Virus record (IMG/VR): IMGVR_UViG_3300029288_000012
Coordinates: 1,620 to 65,619 of that record
Source of the DNA: a virus
Taxonomy: Duplodnaviria > Caudoviricetes
Direction: 5' to 3' (one strand)
DNA length: 64,000 nt
The notes below the pieces were generated by a model that was given only the letters and a program-made list of their open reading frames with translations, made no database searches and was not told where the DNA came from. The position numbers were made by a program, and so were the translations under genes. Numbering within the stretch: the stretch's first letter is position 1; each line of letters opens with the position of its first letter. Of this stretch, positions 24,276 to 32,010 are shown one piece after another.

Positions 24276-24581
24276 ATGCCCACAAACAGCCAGCCCTTTA
24301 CAACCAGCTTCAGCGGAGACATCGACAGCTACTACCTGAATAAAGCCAATCGGGCGGCGCTCAATAATCTACCGGCCGGCCTGTCTCGTTACGTAACCAG
24401 TTACGCCTTCGACCTGAAGTCGACCTGGGACTGCCCCTTCATGAGCGACGACGACTTTGTCTCCATCGTTCTCTCTGATGCTGCGGTACTCTCTGACTTG
24501 ACCGTCCAGATGAACAGCGACAGCCAGGCGACATGGGACCTGTTCTGCGACAAGCGCAAGAACCCTGACTTTTACGACTAA
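24276..24581 (+). CDS. Hypothetical acidic protein
   Basis: Single-gene cassette: promoter, RBS, terminator. Confidence 0.75.
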   Translation: MPTNSQPFTTSFSGDIDSYYLNKANRAALNNLPAGLSRYVTSYAFDLKSTWDCPFMSDDDFVSIVLSDAAVLSDLTVQMNSDSQATWDLFCDKRKNPDFYD

Positions 24582-24599
24582 AATCATCCGCTGCAACAA

Positions 24600-24633
24600 G
24601 CCCGACCTTCTGAAGGTCGGGCTATTTTATTTT
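24600..24633 (+). terminator. Intrinsic terminator
   Basis: GCCCGACCTT / AAGGTCGGGC followed by TATTTTATTTT. Confidence 0.75.
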
Positions 24634-24654
24634 AGGCAGCAGCTGGAGCCAACG

Positions 24655-24715
24655 AAAACTCTAATCTAATTCTAATCTTTCTGCTATTGACATTCTATAA
24701 GGATGCCGATATAAT
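24655..24715 (+). promoter_or_regulatory. Cassette promoter TTGACA-17-TATAAT with TCTAATCT x2
   Basis: -35 at 24687-24692, -10 at 24710-24715; 47 nt identical to the 25702 copy. Confidence 0.85.
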
Positions 24716-24767
24716 ATAGATAGTTAAGTCAGTCAGAAATCAACCTCGAAACCCAGGAGCCAACGAA

Positions 24768-25010
24768 ATGACCAACACCGAAAAAACCTACGAAGAAGAA
24801 TACGAAGAAATGACCGGCGAAGCCTACCGCCCGGAAGACGCCGAAATGGCCCAGATCAGAGAAGACGTCGCCGAGTTCGAAGAAGAATGCGAACAAGAAT
24901 GCGAACACGAATTCGAATTCGAGTATGAAATGCCAGATGGCGAATACCAACGCTGCCGCTTTTGCGGCGAGGGACACGCCTTCTACTATCCATATTCACG
25001 TGAAGACTAG
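24768..25010 (+). CDS. Very acidic (Glu-rich) small protein with Cys/His motifs
   Basis: EEEYEE, EFEEECEQECEHEF, CRFC. Confidence 0.7.
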   Translation: MTNTEKTYEEEYEEMTGEAYRPEDAEMAQIREDVAEFEEECEQECEHEFEFEYEMPDGEYQRCRFCGEGHAFYYPYSRED

Positions 25011-25026
25011 GAAGGAAGGATTAATA

Positions 25027-25416
25027 ATGACGGATAAAGCCCATGTAACTGTTTGCGAACTGAACGCCGAAGCCAAAGCTGCTTACGAAGCGCGCGAAGC
25101 GGAAGAATCAAAGAAGCAAGCCGCCGCAGAAGCGGCTTGCCCAGGCCACGAATGGTATCCTGATGAAGGCCACGCCTTCTATTGTTGCCACTGTGGCGCC
25201 TACCGCGAAGCCGATGATGCTATGTCAGGGTTTGGGGCGCAAGAGCGCGCCGATCGGCTTCAGGCCGAGGTTGAAACCCTGAAGGCCGAATTAGCAGCAA
25301 TGCGCGCCCAGGTTGAAAGCCTGAAGGTCGCCCTCGGCGAGAGCAACGATCAAGGCGCGGCGAATGCCCGTGAAGCCTACGCAGCCGGATTGAACCTCGA
25401 AGAAAGGATGGAATAA
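25027..25416 (+). CDS. Coiled-coil protein with Zn motif
   Basis: CPGHEW...CCHC; RBS AAGGA. Confidence 0.65.
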   Translation: MTDKAHVTVCELNAEAKAAYEAREAEESKKQAAAEAACPGHEWYPDEGHAFYCCHCGAYREADDAMSGFGAQERADRLQAEVETLKAELAAMRAQVESLKVALGESNDQGAANAREAYAAGLNLEERME

Positions 25417-25417
25417 G

Positions 25418-25621
25418 ATGGACCCAATGAACGATAACACGATCGAAGTCGAACAAGCTTACAAGATCGAAGGCGGCGAGATTCTCTTCTTCGACAGAAA
25501 CGCTAGCATGTGGCGATCTCTCGCTACAATTAATCAGGCCATCCCGATCGAAGCAGCGCGCTGGCTAGTCCAGTATGCGAACCTGGGTATTGATATGTTA
25601 GAAGCGGAATCGGCGGTATAG
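25418..25621 (+). CDS. Hypothetical protein
   Basis: Coupled ORF. Confidence 0.6.
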   Translation: MDPMNDNTIEVEQAYKIEGGEILFFDRNASMWRSLATINQAIPIEAARWLVQYANLGIDMLEAESAV

Positions 25622-25642
25622 CTGCAAGGCAGCAGCCAGCGA

Positions 25643-25676
25643 GAAAGAGAGGTCTGGATATCCAGACCTCTCTTTC
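25643..25676 (+). terminator. 34-bp perfect palindrome, terminator-like
   Basis: GAAAGAGAGGTCTGGATATCCAGACCTCTCTTTC followed by a pyrimidine run. Confidence 0.7.
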
Positions 25677-25701
25677 GTTCTCTTCGTATGGGGCCAGGTC
25701 C

Positions 25702-25762
25702 AAAACTCTAATCTAATTCTAATCTTTCTGCTATTGACATTCTATAAGCATGTCGGTATAAT
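25702..25762 (+). promoter_or_regulatory. Cassette promoter TTGACA-17-TATAAT with TCTAATCT x2
   Basis: -35 at 25734-25739, -10 at 25757-25762. Confidence 0.85.
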
Positions 25763-25810
25763 ATAGATAGTTAAGTCAGTCAGTCAAACCAATTTCTTCA
25801 GGAGCCAGAA

Positions 25811-26221
25811 ATGAAAACCTCTTCCATCACCTTCAGCAACAAAGTCGACAACAGCCGCCAACAGTCCTTCATAGCGAAGGCCATGCGCTTCATCTCTGAC
25901 GCCCAGGTCACCAGCGAAGGCAACGGGACATTCACGGTCGGCGGTCATTCGGTCTCGGTCGAAGGTAGCCATTCGACCTGCGATTGCGAGTTTCGGACCT
26001 TCAATCCTGAGAGCGAATGCTCTCATTCAATCGCCGCCCGGATCGCCAGCGGCCAGAACGTCATCTCGGTTTCGCCTTTCGCCGAAGTTCCTGAAGGCTT
26101 CCATCCCATGTTCCGGATGGCTTCAGGATCGGTCTTCGGGATCGTCTCAGATATCAGCATCGCCATCGACAATTCGTCTATCGCCGTGACCGACGAAGTT
26201 ACCGCCAACATGAACGCATAA
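25811..26221 (+). CDS. SWIM Zn-finger protein
   Basis: TCDCEF...CSHSIA (CxC...CxH). Confidence 0.7.
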   Translation: MKTSSITFSNKVDNSRQQSFIAKAMRFISDAQVTSEGNGTFTVGGHSVSVEGSHSTCDCEFRTFNPESECSHSIAARIASGQNVISVSPFAEVPEGFHPMFRMASGSVFGIVSDISIAIDNSSIAVTDEVTANMNA

Positions 26222-26326
26222 TCAACCATAGGCCAGGGAGCGAAGGGGGCGCTCCCTGCAAGCCCTTGACAGATCAAGGGCAGCGAGCCTAAAATCAAGT
26301 CAGTCAGAACAGAACAGGAACAGAAG

Positions 26327-26578
26327 ATGAATACAATCAAATGCCAATCATGCCAGGGTCAAGGGTTTGTCATGCAAGGCGAGGACTCGAATCCTTGTCT
26401 CGCTTGCAATTCGACGGGCGAGGTCCAGACGGGTCGCCAAACCGGTCCGACCGTGCCGGTCGTCGTTCGGTCGCCTGAAACGGCGGTCCACTTCAACGCC
26501 GGCGCGCATTACGAAGCGCGCCTGAATTTCAAGATCGCCGGGATCGCCAAGAATCGCCGGCGACAGAAAGTGAATTAG
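26327..26578 (+). CDS. Small Zn-finger protein (DnaJ-type CxxCxGxG)
   Basis: CQSCQGQG...CLACNSTG. Confidence 0.7.
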   Translation: MNTIKCQSCQGQGFVMQGEDSNPCLACNSTGEVQTGRQTGPTVPVVVRSPETAVHFNAGAHYEARLNFKIAGIAKNRRRQKVN

Positions 26579-26580
26579 CC

Positions 26581-26862
26581 ATGTCTCTAAAACATCGCAA
26601 GAACAAGAAGCCAGAAGTTTGCTACCGCTGCAATAAAGTCGTAACCGACTATGACGGGCCAGGAATCGACGACCCTTGTCTTTGCCCCTGGTGCCAGGGC
26701 TATCGGCTTATGAAGCACGGCGGCGCATGGGTCAACGTGAATCTATACGGGCCGGGCGAGGTTGTTTGCTACCTCGACGACGGATCTGAATTATTATATG
26801 AAGACGCGATCGCATTATCGTATAGCCGGGAAGAATACGAAGCCCTGGCCAGAGTAAGATAA
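26581..26862 (+). CDS. Zn-finger hypothetical protein
   Basis: CYRC...CPWC. Confidence 0.65.
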   Translation: MSLKHRKNKKPEVCYRCNKVVTDYDGPGIDDPCLCPWCQGYRLMKHGGAWVNVNLYGPGEVVCYLDDGSELLYEDAIALSYSREEYEALARVR

Positions 26863-26871
26863 AATTGCCCC

Positions 26872-26900
26872 TTGACATTCTATCAGAATGCCGATATAAT
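26872..26900 (+). promoter_or_regulatory. Cassette-type promoter TTGACA-17-TATAAT (no upstream repeat)
   Basis: Perfect ATTCT-ATC-AGAAT spacer. Confidence 0.8.
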
Positions 26901-26935
26901 CAGAACAGATCAAGTCATTCAAACAGGAGCCAGAA

Positions 26936-27130
26936 ATGTATAAACCAGCAGTACCGTCTAAATCTAGTTTATTAGAAGACCTTGCGAAACACCTTCGCAA
27001 GCTCGGCCTCTCCGATCCGAATGTCGAAGAGGTTATGGAGCAAGCGACCAGCTTCTGGGGCAACGCGAGAATCGTCAAAGTCACCACCTGGACCTATGAA
27101 CAAGTTTGCGAATACCTGGATGAGGATTAG
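26936..27130 (+). CDS. Hypothetical protein
   Basis: RBS AGGAG. Confidence 0.7.
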   Translation: MYKPAVPSKSSLLEDLAKHLRKLGLSDPNVEEVMEQATSFWGNARIVKVTTWTYEQVCEYLDED

Positions 27131-27132
27131 CC

Positions 27133-27408
27133 ATGAATAAACCTATCGCACGTCGCCGCCTTTCACGAAACGAACGCCGGGCTATCAAAGCCGAGGTCGA
27201 ACGCGGCAAGGCGGCTTCAGCCCTTTATCACGCGGTGTATGCCCAAACCTACGCCGGTCAAGGAATCCTGCAAGCGCGATCGGATTCGAAGATCGCCGAT
27301 AATCTTCGCCTTCTCGCAGAATACGGATTCATTGAAATCACTCGCGACGACGACCTCTATACGGTCGCCGTCCCAAAGAGCCTAATCGGGTTTCAAACAA
27401 AGTTTTGA
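27133..27408 (+). CDS. Hypothetical basic protein
   Basis: RBS GAGGA. Confidence 0.65.
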   Translation: MNKPIARRRLSRNERRAIKAEVERGKAASALYHAVYAQTYAGQGILQARSDSKIADNLRLLAEYGFIEITRDDDLYTVAVPKSLIGFQTKF

Positions 27409-27424
27409 GAAAAGGAGTCCATCA

Positions 27425-27772
27425 ATGTATTCAGATCACTATTCCACCTTCAGCCCCAAGGGCCAGGCCAGCCCCGGCCGATTCGCCGTGACCGTTCTGC
27501 TTGTCATGCTTCTCGCCCTGATTTTGAGCGCGTGCGGCAGCAAGCCGGCAGCGGTCGAAGTCGAGGTCCAGACCTGCCATATCGGCGGCAGCCCCGGCAA
27601 CAAGGTCAATACCTTCTATGAGGATGGCAGTTTCGCCGCCACGATCGAAGCCGGCGATTATACCTTCATCATCGGCGAGCCTCTTTCTGAGATCGCCTTC
27701 AAGGACAAGACCGGCGCGGGTTTGTTCGTTGAAACGATCCACATTGAAAAGAAGACCTGCACGGCGCCATAG
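27425..27772 (+). CDS. Lipoprotein
   Basis: Hydrophobic signal peptide ending in the LSAC-G lipobox; RBS AAGGAG. Confidence 0.7.
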   Translation: MYSDHYSTFSPKGQASPGRFAVTVLLVMLLALILSACGSKPAAVEVEVQTCHIGGSPGNKVNTFYEDGSFAATIEAGDYTFIIGEPLSEIAFKDKTGAGLFVETIHIEKKTCTAP

Positions 27773-27823
27773 CTAACAGCCCTCGCCGGGTAGGCGGTTA
27801 GACCCGGCAAAAGGAAGAATCAA

Positions 27824-28363
27824 ATGCCATATACCACCTTATGTTTAGGACGTTCGGTCGAAGTCTCGAAGCCCTGGGGCGTGCCAGCCGAAGGGCCAGG
27901 TCACCTGAAGATCACGTTCGCCGAAGACTTTGACTTGACCGGTAAAATCAACCCAGGCCGATTGAAATTCAGCGCAGCCGGCCGGCGTCTTATTGTTGAA
28001 TCTACGCCGCCAGCGACCGACCGGGGAACACTCGGAGTCCTCGTTTTGTTTTGCGACAAGTTGACCGAAGCCTGGCAAGGGTGTGGAGAAATCGCCTTCT
28101 ATAACACCGAGGGCGACCATACCTGGGTAGCACTTGACCCACACTCGAATTCGATCGTTTACCAGGCAGCACAGATCTGGCGCGGCAAGCTTTACGTCGC
28201 GGCCATCCTGAAGGTGACAGCGCCGGTCTATATCCAAACGACCACACGGGTAGCATCGAAGAAATCATGGAGCATTCATACCATCTACCCGGATGGGCGG
28301 ATTGAAACCGAGTCTCTCGAATCGTTTTGCGCAAAGTTGCCAAAGAAGCGCAGCACGATCTAA
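27824..28363 (+). CDS. Hypothetical protein
   Basis: RBS AAGGA; last + strand gene. Confidence 0.7.
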   Translation: MPYTTLCLGRSVEVSKPWGVPAEGPGHLKITFAEDFDLTGKINPGRLKFSAAGRRLIVESTPPATDRGTLGVLVLFCDKLTEAWQGCGEIAFYNTEGDHTWVALDPHSNSIVYQAAQIWRGKLYVAAILKVTAPVYIQTTTRVASKKSWSIHTIYPDGRIETESLESFCAKLPKKRSTI

Positions 28364-28385
28364 TCTATCACGGGGAACACACCAT

Positions 28386-28411
28386 AGGCGAGAGACGCGC
28401 GTCTCTCGCCT
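28386..28411. terminator. 26-bp perfect palindrome after the + strand block
   Basis: AGGCGAGAGACGCGCGTCTCTCGCCT. Confidence 0.6.
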
Positions 28412-28617
28412 TCACTTTTCTAAAATCGTAGGCTATCAGAATGATACTCGTAGGGCTACCCAAAGGCGTTCGCGGCGTGTTCGTGTGTATCGGATCGCAG
28501 CGAGTGCCTTCTATCTAAAAGGGTATGCAATAGGGAGCAAGGGATGGACCTGGAGAGGTGAGAAAAGTGTGAGGTAAAAGAGAGGGAATCGCGAGAGAAA
28601 GCGCGGATAAGGAAGCG

Positions 28618-28648
28618 AAAAGCGCCGTTTGGAGCGAACGGCGCTTTT
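28618..28648. terminator. Bidirectional terminator-like hairpin
   Basis: AAAAGCGCCGTT / AACGGCGCTTTT. Confidence 0.65.
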
Positions 28649-28850
28649 GCAAGGGAGAAAGGGAAGGGCAGCAGATTGAAGAAGGCGGTGGAAGGGGAAG
28701 GTTACGCTTATCTTCCTTTACCGTGTAGCCATCGTGGGGAGGTTAGGGCCACAAGGCTAGGACATTTATCGGTAACGCGTCCAAATCGTTTTGAGGTGAA
28801 TCGCATGTCAATTAGGTCTGAGGAGTAGGCAGCCCTGGATTGATAAAATG

Positions 28851-28880
28851 ATTATATAGCAAGGGAGTGATAAAAGTCAA
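28851..28880 (-). promoter_or_regulatory. Promoter TTGACT-18-TATAAT pointing into non-coding DNA
   Basis: Same architecture as the 9075-9104 promoter. Confidence 0.55.
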
Positions 28881-29854
28881 GAGGGAATTTCATTATCGTA
28901 TTGAAGTATACGGGAGCCTATCCATTCGGCGATAGCGGTCGGCACGGCGTTAGCGAGTTGTTGACGGCGGTGGGATATAGGGGAAGGCGAGGTCCAGTCG
29001 GTAGGGAGTCCCTGAAGGCGTTCCAGTTCGTTGATTGATAAATCGCGAACGAGATAAGAAGAGAGGTCTTCGCAGTTCTCTACAATGACCACCTGATTAG
29101 GCGATCCAACCGTCAACGATTTATCTGTTTCTGTGATGTAGAGACCGCCATTCGGTCTATCTTTGCGTTTGCTTTTCCCTGAGTCATTCCGTTGGATCGT
29201 GTAGGCGGCTATCGCGAAAGGGTCAGGGTGAGCGCATCTACCAAAGGTGAAGGGATCGTCTTGCCGGTCTTCTTCGCCCGGAGCATAATCGTAGAGCATA
29301 CCTGTTTGGTCAAATAGCACTTTGACGGCGGCGTCTCGTCCAAGAGAGCAAACAAGGAACAGCCGTTTGCGCCTTTGGGGAAGGCCGAAGTCGGTAGCAG
29401 AAAGCACGCGCCACGCCGTGCAATACCCGAGGTCGTCCAGCGAAGCGAGGACGGTTCCGAAGTCGCGCCCGGCATTGGACGATAGAAGTCCAGGAACGTT
29501 TTCAAGGAGTAGCCAGTCAGGGCGGCAAGCCTTGATAATTCTGTGAAGTTGCCAGTAGAGTCCGGACCTGGCGCCGGCGAGACCGGCGCGGCTACCGGCG
29601 ACGGAGAGGTCTTGACAGGGGAATCCGGCAGCGATAAGCCTGGTTGAAGGGAGTTGATCTTCTTTGACATTCGTTATGTCTCCATGATTGAAGGTAGAAG
29701 GGAAGCGAGCCTGAAGCACGCGGCAAGCCTCGGTATTGATCTCGCATTGATAAGAAAGGTGCATACCGGCGCGCATCAATCCGAGGTCAAGCGCGCCAAT
29801 CCCTGAAAAGAACGAGCCGAAGTCGAAAGTCTTTGGCACAGCCGGCCCAATCAT
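28877..29854 (-). CDS. C5-cytosine DNA methyltransferase (alpha chain)
   Basis: FSGIG, GFPCQD, ENVPG, QRRKRLF and ANAV motifs. Confidence 0.92.
   Translation of the reverse strand: MIGPAVPKTFDFGSFFSGIGALDLGLMRAGMHLSYQCEINTEACRVLQARFPSTFNHGDITNVKEDQLPSTRLIAAGFPCQDLSVAGSRAGLAGARSGLYWQLHRIIKACRPDWLLLENVPGLLSSNAGRDFGTVLASLDDLGYCTAWRVLSATDFGLPQRRKRLFLVCSLGRDAAVKVLFDQTGMLYDYAPGEEDRQDDPFTFGRCAHPDPFAIAAYTIQRNDSGKSKRKDRPNGGLYITETDKSLTVGSPNQVVIVENCEDLSSYLVRDLSINELERLQGLPTDWTSPSPISHRRQQLANAVPTAIAEWIGSRILQYDNEIPS
29209..29670 (-). CDS. Overprinted ORF, M.EcoHK31I-beta-like subunit
   Basis: +1 frame inside the MTase gene; GGAG RBS 9 nt upstream; C-terminal CSLFALLD..P-x-KCYLT...IMLRA..GK-x-IP..L..AL pattern. 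Confidence 0.75.
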   Translation of the reverse strand: MSKKINSLQPGLSLPDSPVKTSPSPVAAPVSPAPGPDSTGNFTELSRLAALTGYSLKTFLDFYRPMPGATSEPSSLRWTTSGIARRGACFLLPTSAFPKGANGCSLFALLDETPPSKCYLTKQVCSTIMLRAKKTGKTIPSPLVDALTLTLSR

Positions 29855-30246
29855 TTTACCCCCACCTGCCTGATAAGGCGCTTGATATGTCGGAGTTTCG
29901 CAGCGTCCGAGCGGTTAGATTGAAGCACGAAAGCAAAGTTATCAAGTAAGTGAATCAGGGTGGTGAGATTCTTCAAGTTTCTGCCATGCTCCACCTGCAA
30001 GAATTTGTATTGCATTTCATAGAAAGCGATTCTTTCAGAGGGATCGTTTTCTTCTTCCTCTCTCGCAGCTTCTGGAAGTATCGCCTTGATCGTGGCGTTC
30101 GTCTCATCAATCAGGGCGGTTATAACGGATCGCCCTCCTTCGGAGAGAATAGACTCGAATGCGCCGTCGAGCGATTGAAGCCGTTCCAGGGCGGCAGCGA
30201 AGCCTAGTCGGTATTGTACCTCGTCGCGTTTTGTTGTTTCAGCCAT
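29851..30246 (-). CDS. Hypothetical coiled-coil protein
   Basis: RBS AAGGA before MAETT; overlaps the MTase start. Confidence 0.6.
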   Translation of the reverse strand: MAETTKRDEVQYRLGFAAALERLQSLDGAFESILSEGGRSVITALIDETNATIKAILPEAAREEEENDPSERIAFYEMQYKFLQVEHGRNLKNLTTLIHLLDNFAFVLQSNRSDAAKLRHIKRLIRQVGVK

Positions 30247-30260
30247 GTAGAATTTCCTTT

Positions 30261-30479
30261 CTATGCGTTCTGGTGTTTCTTCGAATGATAAGCGAGAACG
30301 GATCGCATGGCGTGTATCTGGCGGTCCATCCGGTCGAAGAATTCTTCGTTGGTTTCGAAGGTGTCTTTCGTGATAAAGGGATACCGGGAAGGATCGCATT
30401 CAATCGCGTCAATCAAGGAGCGGCGGGCGACCATGTAGCTATAATGTTTCGCAGCAGCAGATATAGGGTGGTAGGGCAT
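30261..30479 (-). CDS. Hypothetical protein
   Basis: TAATG coupling. Confidence 0.6.
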   Translation of the reverse strand: MPYHPISAAAKHYSYMVARRSLIDAIECDPSRYPFITKDTFETNEEFFDRMDRQIHAMRSVLAYHSKKHQNA

Positions 30480-30967
30480 TAGTTGTTTCCTTTCGGATAA
30501 ATCTTCGAATAATCAGGAACATAACCGACCGTAGCGGTCGATAATCCTGCCATGCCGCTTCCTTGCGCAAACAAGCGCACGCCGGCCGGCAGCAGTTCTA
30601 GGCGTTCTTCGTAACCGCGTTTCGCCAGGGTTGAAGCCTTGCGAGGGCGGTATGGAAGGAAGTCGCCGGTAAAGTCGCCGCGTTCGTCACAGAGCGCCCA
30701 ACGAAGCCCGAATCGAGTAAACACAGCACGAGCATTCGCCTTGCGCCCTTCAAGGGTATAGAGAACGGGGAATTCGACAAGCCCGTCGGAGTTGTCGAGT
30801 TTTGCTAATAGTTCATAGACACGAGCGGTTAGGTCGGTACAAACATATGACAGGAACATACTATCAAGGTCCTGTTCGACCATCCGATCTGCATTATCGG
30901 CGAGTTTCTTTTTTGCAAGTGCGGTATAGTCGGTTCCTGGGACGTATCGATAAAAGCCGTTACTCAT
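30479..30967 (-). CDS. Hypothetical protein
   Basis: TAATG coupling. Confidence 0.7.
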   Translation of the reverse strand: MSNGFYRYVPGTDYTALAKKKLADNADRMVEQDLDSMFLSYVCTDLTARVYELLAKLDNSDGLVEFPVLYTLEGRKANARAVFTRFGLRWALCDERGDFTGDFLPYRPRKASTLAKRGYEERLELLPAGVRLFAQGSGMAGLSTATVGYVPDYSKIYPKGNN

Positions 30968-31275
30968 TATTTATGATCCTCTTGTTTTCGGCGTGCTAGT
31001 TCTGCCTCTAATTCATCAATGGAAGGGTTGACGCGAAACCTATAATCTAACAGTTGATCGAAGTCAGCGGACACCTGCGCTTCTGCCATATCGCCTAAAA
31101 TTTCGAGACGTAAAGGCGTTTCGTATTTTACGATCGCATCAATTACGCTGGCCTTTTCAGAAAGGCTAATAAACCCTTTCCGCTTTAGCATAGCGAGCGT
31201 GTTTTCGATATGGCGCGTTGACATGTCGCTTATGGCTATATCTGTTCCGTCGCGCATTCTCCAAAGTCCGTTCAT
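30967..31275 (-). CDS. Conserved-looking phage hypothetical protein
   Basis: WRMRDG...ISDMSTRHIENTL motif; RBS AGGAG. Confidence 0.65.
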   Translation of the reverse strand: MNGLWRMRDGTDIAISDMSTRHIENTLAMLKRKGFISLSEKASVIDAIVKYETPLRLEILGDMAEAQVSADFDQLLDYRFRVNPSIDELEAELARRKQEDHK

Positions 31276-31422
31276 TTCGCCTGTCTCCTGTGTTTCGGTT
31301 TGTTGTAGGGATCGCCCTCGTTTTGTTATAGTCCCTTGCAAGTCATTCGGTAGGTAAACCCATCACGAGTCTTTTAGCAAGAAGGACGCTTCCTTCGAGA
31401 ACGATCCCTGCAACCTGCTTTT

Positions 31423-31470
31423 ATTATAGGCCATCCTGATAGAATGTCAAGGGATAGAAGATTAGAGTTT
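31423..31470 (-). promoter_or_regulatory. Cassette-type promoter TTGACA-16-TATAAT with one TCTAATCT
   Basis: -35 at 31445-31450, -10 at 31423-31428. Confidence 0.75.
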
Positions 31471-31590
31471 CGTTAGCGAATTGGCGAAGTTCGCCACTTT
31501 TGCGCATCTCTGGCCAGAGTAACCTAAAGCCGCCTGGTATGGGGGCCAGGCGGCTTGACGTGAATCGAAGGCAGCAGAACGGCAAGCGAA

Positions 31591-31926
31591 TCAGGGAACA
31601 GCGGGATTTTTGATCTTCTCCGAGAGATAGGCAATTATCAGGGCGACGACGATCGTAGTAGCGCCGGCAAGCAGCCACTTCAGAATCTTGATGGTGAATT
31701 TCGATTCATCAAGGTCGTTATCAAATCGAGCCACCTTCTCGCCTAAACCGTTGATATCGCGTTCGAGTCTTTCAACGCGTTCGCGCAAGACCGCCAATTC
31801 GGCCGTAGTGATGTTTTCAATGTTACGCAGCCTTACTTCTATTTCAGCAAGAGTGCGCTTTAGGTCCTCGAATAGAGCGGTTATCATGCTTCTTAATTCG
31901 CCTATCTGATTCGGTTCGGTAGTCAT
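31591..31926 (-). CDS. Coiled-coil protein with C-terminal TM (XhlA-like lysis accessory)
   Basis: Heptad repeats then one TM helix; adjacent to the holin. Confidence 0.6.
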   Translation of the reverse strand: MTTEPNQIGELRSMITALFEDLKRTLAEIEVRLRNIENITTAELAVLRERVERLERDINGLGEKVARFDNDLDESKFTIKILKWLLAGATTIVVALIIAYLSEKIKNPAVP

Positions 31927-32010
31927 GGCGTCCTTCTCGGTTCGCTTCCGGGGTTTGGTCTTCGAGCCACTTTGAGCATCGCTTCTCGCGCTTGCGAGGG
32001 TAGCCATTTC

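Noticed and set aside
12301-26900. Regularly recurring ~30-47-bp repeats read as a CRISPR array
   Set aside because: Intervals are 0.3-3 kb and contain genes, the repeats contain -35/-10 boxes, and no cas genes are present
28733-28752. Pistol-ribozyme-like GTGG...TTAGGGCCAC
   Set aside because: The downstream CCCTAA pseudoknot partner and the conserved P3 elements are absent
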